Assembly: GCA_024275135.1 (NCBI GenBank)
Contig: JAJRZS010000022.1
Location: forward strand, 12,516-76,515
Reading direction: 5' to 3'
Length of the DNA: 64,000 nt
Source of the DNA: Planctomycetota bacterium
Lineage (GTDB): Bacteria > Planctomycetota > UBA1135
Each line of letters begins with the position of its first letter. Position 1 is the stretch's first letter. Positions 22,423 to 32,367 of the stretch are shown piece by piece. The translations under genes were made by a program, and so were the position numbers. The notes under the pieces were generated by a model. That model had not been told where the DNA came from and did no database searches. It saw nothing but the letters and a program-made list of their open reading frames with translations.

Positions 22423-24158
22423 GGCAAGATGGCGATGCTGGCCTGAACGCTGGAGCGAATGGGCAAAGAGCCGATGGGGTCTAAGACCACGGCGGCAACT
22501 TCGATTTGCTTGCCGACACCGAGGCGGAGCTCATTGGCGGCAAAGCTTACAACCGCTGTTGCGTCGCCTGCAGCATTGAGCACCTGGACCGCATTGGGCC
22601 AGGGTTGGGAATAGGAACGGTTGAACAAATGGCTTGCGCCCAGCGGAATGGAAATCCCATTGACCATGGAATAGCCAGGGCTGGCAATGGAGGCCAAAAG
22701 GATGACTTTGTGCTGAGCGTCTTGAAGCGGGAAATCCAAGTCGAAGGAGAGGGTGCCGCCAGTGGTGGCCGAAATCGAGTGCTGGTGAGGATAGAGATAG
22801 GGGAAAATGGTAACTTGATAAACCTGTCCACCGAAGGGTTGGTTTAGTGTGGACACGTCGGGCGCTCCAATCCATAGGGTTGGGGTGGTTGGTGATGTTT
22901 GCCTATCCGCAAGGAGGGCAAAGCCAAAGGCTCCCAAATCTTCGCTGCCGACAATCTTTTGCAGTAGGTTGCCGTCGGCACCAGAATAAATCGACACGCT
23001 ACCCGCAGCTTGAATGCCAAAAAGATCTTCCGTCCAGTTGCTAATGGCATGCTCGGCAAAGCCGTCTTGGTTGATGTCGCCTAGGGTGGCAACGGTGGCC
23101 CCAAATATCCCGGCTGCGGCGGGTTGGTATTGGCGCAATTCTTGCCCAGTGGAACCTGAAAAGACGTGGGCGAGGCCAGAATGAAGGCCAAACTGGGTGG
23201 CACCGATGAGCAAATCATCGAAACCATCTTGGTTCACATCGCCAGCGGAAGAAACTGCCGAGCCGAAGGCTTCCAAACCGAGGTTGCTTTCCAGCTGCAA
23301 CAACAAGTTGCCGGTGGCACCAGAATATAAGAAGGCAGCACCAGCATTGCTGAGCCCCTGAAAGTCAGCCAAGGGGGCGCCGACCAGCAAATCTTGGACG
23401 CCATCGCCGTCGGTGTCGCCAACACTGGCTATGGCCCTGGCAAAACCAATGTAGGAAGTGGTGCCTTCGATGCGGCGCAACAAGTTGCCAGTGGCTGTGG
23501 AGATGAGTTGCACCGAGCCTAAGTTCAGCTGGCTGGAACCATCAAAACCGCTTTGACTAACCCAGCAATCGCGGATGCCGTCGCCGTCAAAATCTTCGCT
23601 CAGGGCGAGGTTTTCACCAAGAAAATCCCATGCACCGACTCCATGCAAGGTGTACAGCACAGTGCCTGTGGCCGCGGAAATGGCATAGACCGAGCCGGCG
23701 TAGGCGATGCCGTTGGGGCTGTTTTCCGGCGCGCTAATCAAAAGATCGGCCACCCCGTCTTGGTCCAAATCATCCACGCTCAAGATGGCGCGGCCAAAGC
23801 GGCTTTGCGCTTGCAGGCCAGGGATTTGCAGAAGGATTTGGCCATTGGCGCTACTGTAAATCCGAACCAAACCGGATTCTGCGCCATTCGGGGAGGCATT
23901 GGGTGAGCCACAAGCGATATCTTTGAGGCCATCACCATCGAAATCATCGACCATGGCCAAGGCCTGACCAAGACCTTCATAAGGAGAGGACGGCAAAAAG
24001 TTTTGGCCGAATTGGTGGCTGCCGCCGGTGGCTTCCTGCGCGAAAAGGCTGGCGGAAAGCAACAAGAGCAGTAGGGAAGCACAGAAAGCAGCCGTCCGGA
24101 AGGAAGTTCTAGGTATGGATTTCATCTTGAACGATGCAGTGGTGGGGTACGAGTTCAA
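22419..24158 (-). CDS. secreted FG-GAP repeat (integrin-alpha-like beta-propeller) protein
   Basis: Signal peptide, then about 7 repeats of FG...DxDGDGxxDLLxGAP (for example FGRAILSVDDLDQDGVADLLISAP). An alternative start is at 24125 (MKSIPRT). Confidence 0.8.
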   Translation of the reverse strand: MNSYPTTASFKMKSIPRTSFRTAAFCASLLLLLLSASLFAQEATGGSHQFGQNFLPSSPYEGLGQALAMVDDFDGDGLKDIACGSPNASPNGAESGLVRIYSSANGQILLQIPGLQAQSRFGRAILSVDDLDQDGVADLLISAPENSPNGIAYAGSVYAISAATGTVLYTLHGVGAWDFLGENLALSEDFDGDGIRDCWVSQSGFDGSSQLNLGSVQLISTATGNLLRRIEGTTSYIGFARAIASVGDTDGDGVQDLLVGAPLADFQGLSNAGAAFLYSGATGNLLLQLESNLGLEAFGSAVSSAGDVNQDGFDDLLIGATQFGLHSGLAHVFSGSTGQELRQYQPAAAGIFGATVATLGDINQDGFAEHAISNWTEDLFGIQAAGSVSIYSGADGNLLQKIVGSEDLGAFGFALLADRQTSPTTPTLWIGAPDVSTLNQPFGGQVYQVTIFPYLYPHQHSISATTGGTLSFDLDFPLQDAQHKVILLASIASPGYSMVNGISIPLGASHLFNRSYSQPWPNAVQVLNAAGDATAVVSFAANELRLGVGKQIEVAAVVLDPIGSLPIRSSVQASIAILP

Positions 24159-24220
24159 GGATAGGGAGTGCTTGGATTAGAGCACCCCCTGCATGCTGTA
24201 ACAAGAAAACTTGCCGAAAC

Positions 24221-25165
24221 CTAGGATTCGTCGCGGGGTACGGGGGTGCTACCGGTGAGAATTTCGCAAATATCCAGGTATTGCGCGCGGGTTTTGGAGA
24301 TTACCTCCGCAGGGATGGCGGGCGGCGGAGGCTGGCGATTCCAATCTTCGCAGGAGCGGAGGTAACTACGCACAATCTCCTTGTCGAAGCTGGGAGGCTC
24401 TTGACCAGGAACGATTTGGTCGGCGGGCCAATAACGGGAACTGTCGGGAGTCATGACTTCATCGATGAGCACCAACTCACCATCCACCCGTCCAAATTCG
24501 AACTTGGTGTCGGCCAGGATGACTCCCTTGGCCTCGGCTTTGGCTTGCGCTTCTTCAAAAATGCGCAAAGCCAGGGCGTGGATTTTTTTGGCCTCTTCTT
24601 CGTTTCCAATCAACTCAACGGCCTCGGCCCAAGAAATAGGCTCGTCTTTCTCTGCTTTGGTGGTTGGGGTATGCAAAACGGCGGGTAGCTTTGAAGAATT
24701 TTGCAAGCCTGCGGGTAACTCATGTTCCCATAACCGACCGGTTGCCTGGTATTCACGAAAACCAGAGCCAGCGAGGTAGGCGCGCAAGACCACTTCGACA
24801 TTGACGCGGTCCGCAACCCGAGTCCAGGTGCAGCGACCACGAAAAACCTGGTAAAAATCGGTTGGTAGGTTGGGGATTTCTTCGGGCTCGCAAGTGACCC
24901 TTGCCGCAGGCATCCAGCTGGAAAACTCTTGCAGCCAATATTCGGTGATGTGGGTGAGGACGCGGCCACGATCGGGCACGGTTTCGTTCATCACCACATC
25001 GAAGGCGCTGAGGCGATCGGTGGCGACCATGAGCATGTGGTCGGGGTATGCGGGGTGGCGATACAAATCGCGCACTTTGCCCTGGTAAAAGAATTCCCAA
25101 CCGGGGATTTCGAGGCCGCCAGGATATCCCTGGCAGGTGGTTTGCGAGGTGGGGCTACTGGCCAT
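24221..25165 (-). CDS. purC: phosphoribosylaminoimidazole-succinocarboxamide synthase
   Basis: YQGKVRDLY motif, LMVATDRLSAFD, LADTKFEFG. Start placed at ATG 25165 (MASSPT) because the longer ORF (25204) would overlap the aroA start. Confidence 0.9.
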   Translation of the reverse strand: MASSPTSQTTCQGYPGGLEIPGWEFFYQGKVRDLYRHPAYPDHMLMVATDRLSAFDVVMNETVPDRGRVLTHITEYWLQEFSSWMPAARVTCEPEEIPNLPTDFYQVFRGRCTWTRVADRVNVEVVLRAYLAGSGFREYQATGRLWEHELPAGLQNSSKLPAVLHTPTTKAEKDEPISWAEAVELIGNEEEAKKIHALALRIFEEAQAKAEAKGVILADTKFEFGRVDGELVLIDEVMTPDSSRYWPADQIVPGQEPPSFDKEIVRSYLRSCEDWNRQPPPPAIPAEVISKTRAQYLDICEILTGSTPVPRDES

Positions 25166-25202
25166 ACCAGATTTTAGCCGCGCGCTGCGTAGAATCCGCA
25201 CC

Positions 25203-26435
25203 ATGAATGCCCGGACTCTTCACCTCCCCGGCTGCAAATCCGCTTCGCAGCGGGCCTTGGTGTTGGCAGCCTTGGCCAAGGGGAGGAGTCGGTTGCGTGG
25301 CTTGAATGCGGGGCGCGACAGTCAGGATTTGTGTGGTGCCCTTCAACACCTGGGCTGGCAGGTTTCCTTGGTGGAGGAGGCGGACCAGCTTGTTTGCCAA
25401 GTGGTGGGGAGTGACGGGCCACGCCAGGTGGAGGCGGAGGCAGTGGAGGTCGGGGAAGGCGGCTCGACGCTGCGGTTTCTGCTCCCGCTGTTGGCCGCCG
25501 CAAGCAATCGCATAGAGTTGCGCTGCGCGCCCGGCTTGCGTCGTCGTCCTCAGCAAACATTGGTAGAGGTTTTGCGCGGTTGGGGAGTTCCGCTGGAGCT
25601 TCGGCAGCAGGGGTTTTATTTGCAAAGCCCAGCGCCGCAACCGCATCCACCCACCTTGGTTTCTTGTCAACAAAGCAGCCAGTTCTGGAGTGGATTGCTG
25701 ATGGCGAGTGGTCGTTTCGAGCAAGATTGGCTGGAAGATCCCAAGGGCATTTCCTGTGGCTATTGGAGGATGACCATGGAATGGATGCGGCGCTTTCGAG
25801 GGGCCGATGTCTTGAGTAGGGAGGGTGGGGTATGGCATCAGCAAGCCGGATTTGGCCATGGGCAGGAGGTGCAAATCCCGTCGGACCCCTCGGCCGCGGT
25901 TTTTTTGGCCGTCGCCGCTTTTTTGTTGCAGACTCCTTTCCGCCTGCAAGCGCCTTGGTCGGAGTCGCATCCCGACGCACAGCTCTTGCGACATTTGGCA
26001 GAGCTTGGGGTTTTACAGTTAAAACCGGGCTGGTTGCATCCGACTCCATGCACACCGGCATCTTCTTTGTCCTTCGACTTGGGTGTTTATCCAGATAGTG
26101 GGCCGGCTTTGGCGGTGTTGGCCGCGCATTTGCCGCATGGTGCATCCTTTAGTCGCTGGCAGACTTTGCGTGGTAAAGAATCCAACCGCGTGGAGGGCAT
26201 GCAGCGCTTAGCCGAGCTTTGTGGGGCCCGTTGCTGGATAGAGCAAGGCCAGTTGTGGGTGCACAGAAGCACCTCAGCAGCACGGGAGCAAAGTTTCGAC
26301 CCTAAGGGGGATCATCGTTTGGCCATGGCCGCCGGCGTGGCCTCCTTGCTGTGCCCTAAGATAGAAGTCCTCCAGCCAGAATGCGTGGCCAAATCCTGGC
26401 CCAACTTTTGGCAGCAATTCGCTGCTTTACCATGA
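25203..26435 (+). CDS. aroA: 3-phosphoshikimate 1-carboxyvinyltransferase (EPSP synthase)
   Basis: LPGCKSASQRALVLAALAKG, GEGGSTLRFLLPLLAA, LRGKESNRVEGM and DHRLAMA blocks. The track ORF starts at 25137. Confidence 0.85.
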   Translation: MNARTLHLPGCKSASQRALVLAALAKGRSRLRGLNAGRDSQDLCGALQHLGWQVSLVEEADQLVCQVVGSDGPRQVEAEAVEVGEGGSTLRFLLPLLAAASNRIELRCAPGLRRRPQQTLVEVLRGWGVPLELRQQGFYLQSPAPQPHPPTLVSCQQSSQFWSGLLMASGRFEQDWLEDPKGISCGYWRMTMEWMRRFRGADVLSREGGVWHQQAGFGHGQEVQIPSDPSAAVFLAVAAFLLQTPFRLQAPWSESHPDAQLLRHLAELGVLQLKPGWLHPTPCTPASSLSFDLGVYPDSGPALAVLAAHLPHGASFSRWQTLRGKESNRVEGMQRLAELCGARCWIEQGQLWVHRSTSAAREQSFDPKGDHRLAMAAGVASLLCPKIEVLQPECVAKSWPNFWQQFAALP

Positions 26436-27610
26436 ATACATTTTGCCTAACTCGGTGTTGCCTTTTGCTCGGCTGCGCGCTCTTCAGTGGCTGCGCGACG
26501 GCGCCAGCGGAACCTGGTTCTGGGTCGGTGGAAAGCTGGTCGTGGCAAGTACCTTCGAGTTCGTGGCTCGATTTAGCCAAACAGGCCGAGGCGCGATTGC
26601 AATGGCAAGAAGCGGGGATTTGGCTGGATCGGTATGCCCGCCTACCGGAAGCCCAATTGGATGAAGAGTTTTGGTTTCATCGGGCCGCGGTAGCGGAACA
26701 AGCGGGCGATCTTTATCGTTCTGCCGAGGTGCGCGAACAGTTGTTGGCGAAGCATCCAGAAGATGTGTGGTTGCGTATTGATTTGGCCGATGATTACCAG
26801 CAATTGGGGCGTGGTGGCGAAGCGGTGCAACTGCTGCAAGTGGCTGTTGCCTACGATGACGATCGCCAGCACTTGGGTTTGGCCTTGGTGACTTTGTTGG
26901 AACAACAAGAACGTTGGTACGATGCGGCGGAACAGGCGGAGCGACTGGCTATGGAGAGTCGGGAGTCGGTGGCGCGACAATGGTGGGAGCGAGCGTCCGC
27001 TTTCTACGAAAAGGGAGGAGATTTAACCCGTGCCACCATTTGCATGGAACGCGCTTTGAAGGGTTGGGATTTGGGCGCGGAAGAAAAGCGGGTCTTGGAA
27101 CGCTTGCGGGCTTTTGAACTGGGTGAGCCGGAAAACGTGGCGGATGCATTACTTCTGTTGAGAAACCACCCTGATCCGGAAATGCGGCTGAAAGGTATTC
27201 GTTATTTAGCCCGAGATCGATTTCCCAACGATGTGGGGGTTATGGAGTTTGCCTTGCGTGACCAAGATCCACGCATTCTGGTGATTGCCTTGGAACAGAT
27301 TGCCCAACGGAGTGAGCGCGGACGTCAAGCCGCCGTTTTGCCTTTGCTGCAGCACGACGATGAACGCGTGGTGTTACGTGCTTTGCGTGCCTTGCGCCAG
27401 GTGGGGACCGAAACCGCTTTGGGAGCCGTCATCACTGCCATGGATCCCGACAACCGGGCACAATTCCGTGCAGCGCGAGATGCTGCCGAGGCCATCTCTG
27501 GGCATGCGATTGGCTTAGGCTTAGACCCTAGCTTGGAGGAGCGGCGGCAGATAAAGAAAGCTTGGGTGGACTGGTTCGCCGTGCAGGGAGAAGACAAACT
27601 AGGGGGATGA
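26432..27610 (+). CDS. TPR/HEAT-repeat lipoprotein
   Basis: Lipoprotein-type signal MNTFCLTRCCLLLGCALFSGC, TPR-like helices, then HEAT-like units (HPDPEMRLKGIRYLA, DQDPRILVIALEQI, DDERVVLRALRALRQVG). ATGA overlap with the aroA stop. Confidence 0.65.
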   Translation: MNTFCLTRCCLLLGCALFSGCATAPAEPGSGSVESWSWQVPSSSWLDLAKQAEARLQWQEAGIWLDRYARLPEAQLDEEFWFHRAAVAEQAGDLYRSAEVREQLLAKHPEDVWLRIDLADDYQQLGRGGEAVQLLQVAVAYDDDRQHLGLALVTLLEQQERWYDAAEQAERLAMESRESVARQWWERASAFYEKGGDLTRATICMERALKGWDLGAEEKRVLERLRAFELGEPENVADALLLLRNHPDPEMRLKGIRYLARDRFPNDVGVMEFALRDQDPRILVIALEQIAQRSERGRQAAVLPLLQHDDERVVLRALRALRQVGTETALGAVITAMDPDNRAQFRAARDAAEAISGHAIGLGLDPSLEERRQIKKAWVDWFAVQGEDKLGG

Positions 27611-28581
27611 AGATACTGGTTACAGGCGGTTGCGGCTACATCGGCTCAACGACGGCGCGGCTTCTGCAGCGGGCCGGTTATGAGGTTTGGGTTGCGGATG
27701 ATTTGTCCGAAGGGCATGCAGCGGCCTGGGATGGGCCCATGCTCCAAGTTCAGTTGCGCGAGGAAGGGCAAGTAGCCGCAATGGCCGCGCAGCATCGTTT
27801 TGATGGCATCGTTCATTTTGCTGCCCGTGCTTATATTGGCGAGAGCATGCAGCAGCCGTTGCGTTATTGGCGCTGCAACTTGCTGCCCTTGCTTCATTTG
27901 TGTGCTTGCTTCCGCGGAGTGCCTATCGTCTTTAGCTCTACCTGCGCTGTTTATGGAGAGCCGGAGGTGGAGCGCTTGGAAGAACACTTGCCCTTGCAGC
28001 CGGTGAATCCTTATGGTGCTTCGAAAATGGCGGCAGAACGCGTGTTAAGTGATCGCGCTCTTGCTGGCGCAGGCTCTTATGTGGCTTTGCGCTATTTCAA
28101 CGCCGCAGGTGCCGAGGACGATGGGCTGCATGGAGAAGACCATCGACCCGAGCCGCATATCCTTCCGCGCGCCATTCAAAACGCGCTTGGACAATTGGAG
28201 GAGCCTTTGCAGATTTATGGCACGGATTGGCCCACGGCTGACGGCACTTGCGTACGCGATTTTATTCACATCGAAGACCTGGCAGCAGCCCATCTGATGG
28301 CCTTGCAATACCTGTTGGAGCAAGGAGAGTCGGTGGCGCTGAACCTAGGAACTGGCCAGGGCCATTCTGTAATGGAGGTCATCCAAGCCGTCACCCGCTT
28401 GGTGGCCAAGGTGGAGTGGCAAGAAACAGCGCGTCGCCCGGGCGATCCAGCGCGTTTGGTTGCAGGCGTTGAAAAAGCGCGGCAGCTGCTGGGATGGACG
28501 GCGCAGCATTCCCAGCTGGAAAACATCATCACCACCGCTGCGCGCTGGCATCAACAATTTCCCGGAGGCTACCCAACATGA
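27607..28581 (+). CDS. galE: UDP-glucose 4-epimerase
   Basis: MKILVTGGCGYIGS Rossmann motif, YGASK catalytic YxxxK, RYFNAAGA, DGTCVRDFIHIEDLA. ATGA overlap with the upstream stop. Confidence 0.9.
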   Translation: MKILVTGGCGYIGSTTARLLQRAGYEVWVADDLSEGHAAAWDGPMLQVQLREEGQVAAMAAQHRFDGIVHFAARAYIGESMQQPLRYWRCNLLPLLHLCACFRGVPIVFSSTCAVYGEPEVERLEEHLPLQPVNPYGASKMAAERVLSDRALAGAGSYVALRYFNAAGAEDDGLHGEDHRPEPHILPRAIQNALGQLEEPLQIYGTDWPTADGTCVRDFIHIEDLAAAHLMALQYLLEQGESVALNLGTGQGHSVMEVIQAVTRLVAKVEWQETARRPGDPARLVAGVEKARQLLGWTAQHSQLENIITTAARWHQQFPGGYPT

Positions 28582-30122
28582 AATTTTCACTCCTCTTTGG
28601 TTTATGCTGCAGTACCACTTTGGCCTGGGCGCAGCAACCGGAGCTGGCCGATGTTTTGGATACCATCACTGCCGAAGATTGCATGGCCAACGTCGAGGTC
28701 CTGGCTTCCCCTTCCATGACTGGGCGAGCCACCTTGAGCTCAGGCTTTTTGCAGGCGGCAGAAATGGTGGAATCCCAACTCAAGGCTTTGGGTTATGAAC
28801 CGGCAAATGGGGATAGTTACCGCATTTCTTTTAGCTTGAACTGTGTTGTGGCAGGTGAGGAGACGCATTTTGTTACTGCTGGGATTGAACAGGCAAAGCC
28901 CTGGCAATTGGAAAAGGATTTCGTGCCAGTGATTGGCAGTCGGGAACGGGACGCTCGCGGTGAGGCCGTGTTTGTGGGGTATGCCATCGATGCGAAGAAG
29001 GAACATTGGGTAGATTTGAAAAAGAAAGATGTGCGTGGAAAGATTGTCTTTGCCTTTACTCGAGAACCACGAGCCGACGACATAAAGGCACGCGCCTTCG
29101 ATGGGGCCAAGGCGACTCGCTATTCGGAGGTGAAGATGAAAGCTGATGCTGTGTTCGCGGCCGGAGGCTTGGCTTTGGTTTTGGTGCCTGATCCAGGTCT
29201 GGTCGCGAGCGAGGAGCAGCCACTTCCGAGCATGGTTCCCTTTGTCGATGCGCGCGGTGCTGGGGCGGTGGGTTTGCAACGGCAGATGAATTTTCCGGAC
29301 ATGCCCATCCTGAGTGTATCGCGCGCGGTGGCGGGAACGATTTTTGATACTGATTTGCGTGCTTACCACAAAACCATCGATAAGAAGAAAAAGCCCAAGT
29401 TATTGCGCACACCGAAGGGAATGGAAATCCAATTGGGGGTGGAATGGGCGTCGGCCGACCGTGAGGCTTTCAACCTTGGTGCCTTGTTGAAGGGCAGTGA
29501 GGAGAATGGGGAGTATCTTGTGCTGGGAGCTCATTTGGATCATGTTGGATTTGATGTGTTCCGCGATCAAATGCGCTTAACGGTGCGGCCTGGTGCCGAC
29601 GACAATGCCAGCGGCAGCGGAGCCTTGTTGGAAGTTGCGCAGGCTTTAGCTGGCACCCAACCGCAAACCAATATCTTGTTTCTTTGGTTTGCTGGAGAAG
29701 AGCTTGGTTTGTTGGGGTCGGCCGCTTATTGCCGAGACCCCTTGTTTCCGCATGAAAAAACCATTGCCATGTTGAATATGGATATGGTTGGTCGAGGCGA
29801 TAAACGCAAGGCGAATGTGGGGGGGATGTGGAGTCGTCCCAACTGGGAAAAGTTTTTGAAAGAACAACACAAGCGTATCAAAAGCCCATTGCGCATGGAT
29901 TACAAGCAGGGACGCGATCTGTATGCACGTAGTGACCAATATAGTTTTCATCAAAAAGGGGTGGTTGGCCTGTTCTTTTTTGAAGCCGACCTCAACTCCA
30001 ATAAGGTCTATCACCAACCTGGAGATGTAGCCGACACCATGAACGGAGAAAAAATGGCGTTGATTGCGCGCTTGTTCACAGCTTGTGCCTGGGCGCTTGC
30101 TTACGAGGGGGTACGTCCTTGA
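28578..30122 (+). CDS. secreted M28-family aminopeptidase with PA domain
   Basis: Signal peptide MKFSLLFGLCCSTTLAWA, then LVLGAHLDHVG, GADDNASGSGALLE, FLWFAGEELGLLGS and MLNMDMVGRG, the M28 metal-ligand blocks. ATGA overlap with the galE stop. Confidence 0.8.
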   Translation: MKFSLLFGLCCSTTLAWAQQPELADVLDTITAEDCMANVEVLASPSMTGRATLSSGFLQAAEMVESQLKALGYEPANGDSYRISFSLNCVVAGEETHFVTAGIEQAKPWQLEKDFVPVIGSRERDARGEAVFVGYAIDAKKEHWVDLKKKDVRGKIVFAFTREPRADDIKARAFDGAKATRYSEVKMKADAVFAAGGLALVLVPDPGLVASEEQPLPSMVPFVDARGAGAVGLQRQMNFPDMPILSVSRAVAGTIFDTDLRAYHKTIDKKKKPKLLRTPKGMEIQLGVEWASADREAFNLGALLKGSEENGEYLVLGAHLDHVGFDVFRDQMRLTVRPGADDNASGSGALLEVAQALAGTQPQTNILFLWFAGEELGLLGSAAYCRDPLFPHEKTIAMLNMDMVGRGDKRKANVGGMWSRPNWEKFLKEQHKRIKSPLRMDYKQGRDLYARSDQYSFHQKGVVGLFFFEADLNSNKVYHQPGDVADTMNGEKMALIARLFTACAWALAYEGVRP

Positions 30123-31516
30123 TGCTAGGGGTTTGCGCGGCTTTTCTGTGTTTGACTTGGCAAGCTACCGCGCCGACGGCCTCGTCACCCTTGGACGCTA
30201 TCCTGCAACCAGTGGATGCGGAAGCCAATTTGGAGATTAGCGTGCATGTGGAGCTACTGGATGGCACCGTGCTCTATGATTTTCAGGGGCAAGATAAAAA
30301 ACGATTGGCCTCCAACAATAAGTTGTTTACCACGGCGGCCGCCTTGCTGGCACTAGGCCCCGAATACCACTGGCATACCCAGGTTTTTCTGGACGAGGAT
30401 GTGTTGCAGATTGTGGGGGGTGGAGATCCTTCTTTGCGTCGCTTAGGAGAACGCGATGCTGGTGCCGAATTTCTGGATGCTTTGGTTCAGCGTTTGCGTG
30501 CGCGAGGTGTGACGGAGTTGTCTCGCCTAGAGGTGGATTTTCACTATTTCTCTCCTCCGAGCCGTCATCCGCAGTGGCCACAAGACCAGTTACAACAAGT
30601 CTATTGCGCTCCGTTGAGCGCATTTTCGGTGGCTGGTGGGTGTGTCGAAGTCGTCCGCGAGAGCGGCAAGGTTTTTTTGCAACCGCTGGTTGGCGCTGGC
30701 ATGCGTTGGCATTTCTCAAAATCCAAGGGCAAACAGTTTTCTGCCTGGTGGGGTAGCCAAAGCCAACAATTGGTGGTGGCTGCCGGCCAGGATTCTCGCG
30801 ACCAAAAGCTGCGACTCGCGGTTCAGGATCCCTACCTTTTTTCCATGGCTTGGCTGCAAACGGGGCTTCAGCAGCGAGGGATTTCTGTTCAAAATGTAGA
30901 CTCCAGCCAACTCCATGAGCAAGTGGGACCGTTGTTGCTGAACTGGGAGTCGGTGTGGTCTTTGGCCGAGGTTTTGGTGGTGACGAACAAAAAGAGCGAT
31001 AATTTTTTGGCCGAAACTTTATTCCTTACTTTAGGTCAAGAACAGTTTGGGCAAGGAGATTTTGCCCATGGCGCCCAGGCTGTGAAACAAGTGCTGACGG
31101 AACAGTTTGCGCATACTTGGTCTTTTTCCCAAGCCGATGGCTCTGGCTTAGCCCGCTCCTCCCACACCGACTTGAACACGGCCACCGCACAAGAGCTTTG
31201 CTTGTTGTTGCGTGAAATGGCGGAGCGGCCCCAGGGTGCTTTGTTTTTCGATACCCTGCCCGTGGCTGGGGTGGAAGGACGCTTGGCTCAGCGTTTTACC
31301 GAGCCCATTTTTCAACCTCAGCGCGTGCATGCAAAAACCGGGTTCATTCGCGGCGCCAGTTCTCTGAGCGGCTATTTGCTGCTGCCGGATGGGCAAGTGG
31401 CCGTTTTTTCCTTTTTGGTGAACTTCGATCCAGCTAAAAACAAAAACACCAACAATCGACGTTTCAAGCGTTTGCAGGAAGACTTCTTGGCTGCACTTCT
31501 TCGCCTTTCTTCATGA
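30122..31516 (+). CDS. dacB: D-alanyl-D-alanine carboxypeptidase/endopeptidase (PBP4, peptidase S13)
   Basis: SxxK in ASNNKLFTTAAAL, GGGDPSL, DGSGLARS, HAKTGFIRGASSLSGY (KTG). TGATG overlap with the upstream stop. Confidence 0.8.
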   Translation: MLGVCAAFLCLTWQATAPTASSPLDAILQPVDAEANLEISVHVELLDGTVLYDFQGQDKKRLASNNKLFTTAAALLALGPEYHWHTQVFLDEDVLQIVGGGDPSLRRLGERDAGAEFLDALVQRLRARGVTELSRLEVDFHYFSPPSRHPQWPQDQLQQVYCAPLSAFSVAGGCVEVVRESGKVFLQPLVGAGMRWHFSKSKGKQFSAWWGSQSQQLVVAAGQDSRDQKLRLAVQDPYLFSMAWLQTGLQQRGISVQNVDSSQLHEQVGPLLLNWESVWSLAEVLVVTNKKSDNFLAETLFLTLGQEQFGQGDFAHGAQAVKQVLTEQFAHTWSFSQADGSGLARSSHTDLNTATAQELCLLLREMAERPQGALFFDTLPVAGVEGRLAQRFTEPIFQPQRVHAKTGFIRGASSLSGYLLLPDGQVAVFSFLVNFDPAKNKNTNNRRFKRLQEDFLAALLRLSS

Positions 31517-32367
31517 ATACCAATCCCCAACCCTGCCCCGAACTTGCTGTTGTCGAAACCATTGCCAAGGAAGCAGGCGAGATTTTGTTGCAGTGGAGTG
31601 GCAAACTTGCCGCGGAGCAAATTCAATCGAAAAGTGCGCAGCGAGATTTAGTGACCGCAGCAGATTTAGCAAGCGAAGCTTTTTTGGGCAAAGCCTTAGA
31701 AAAACATTTTCCGGGACAAGCTTTGTTGGCGGAGGAGGGCGTTGTGGATGGCAATCTGGATTTGCATGCCGAGACTTTGTGGTGCGTGGATCCACTAGAC
31801 GGCACGGTGAATTTCGTGCATCAATTGCCAATGTTTGCGGTTTCCATTGCGCGCTTGCGGCATGGTGAGCCCGAACTTGCGGTGGTCCATTTACCGCGAC
31901 TCGGGGAAACCTTTTCTGCCCGGCGCCAGGGCGGGGCCTATCTGAATGGGCAGGCGCTTCAGGTGTCGGCGGCAAAATCCACAGAAGATGCTTTGTTAGC
32001 CACAGGCTTTCCATACCGACGCCATTTATTGGCCGACAACAATCTCGAGAATTTTTGTCGTTTGTTTTTGCACCAACGGGGTATTCGACGTATGGGGTCG
32101 GCGGCTATTGATTTGGCCTATGTTGCCGCCGGGCGATTGGATGGTTTTTGGGAATTGCATTTGTCGCCCTGGGATGTCGCCGCTGGAGGCTTACTAGTGC
32201 AGGAAGCTGGAGGCGTGGTCGACACCATGCGATCGGGTGGAGATTGGTTGTTTGGGCGCAACTTGTTGGCGGGCTCTACCGCCCTGGTCGCTGATTTGCG
32301 CAGCCGTTTGCTGGCAGGACAGGGAGAGGATTTCCCCAATCTTGGTGATCGTTTGCAGTCGTCATGA
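31513..32367 (+). CDS. suhB: inositol monophosphatase family protein
   Basis: LAEEG, WCVDPLDGTVNFVH, and WDVAAGGLLVQEAGG motifs. ATGA overlap with the dacB stop. Confidence 0.85.
   Translation: MNTNPQPCPELAVVETIAKEAGEILLQWSGKLAAEQIQSKSAQRDLVTAADLASEAFLGKALEKHFPGQALLAEEGVVDGNLDLHAETLWCVDPLDGTVNFVHQLPMFAVSIARLRHGEPELAVVHLPRLGETFSARRQGGAYLNGQALQVSAAKSTEDALLATGFPYRRHLLADNNLENFCRLFLHQRGIRRMGSAAIDLAYVAAGRLDGFWELHLSPWDVAAGGLLVQEAGGVVDTMRSGGDWLFGRNLLAGSTALVADLRSRLLAGQGEDFPNLGDRLQSS

Noticed and set aside
25155-26145. Two long ORFs (279 and 323 aa) antisense to aroA
   Set aside because: Proline/arginine-rich nonsense-like sequences. The aroA frame has conserved EPSP synthase blocks, so these are GC-driven open frames.
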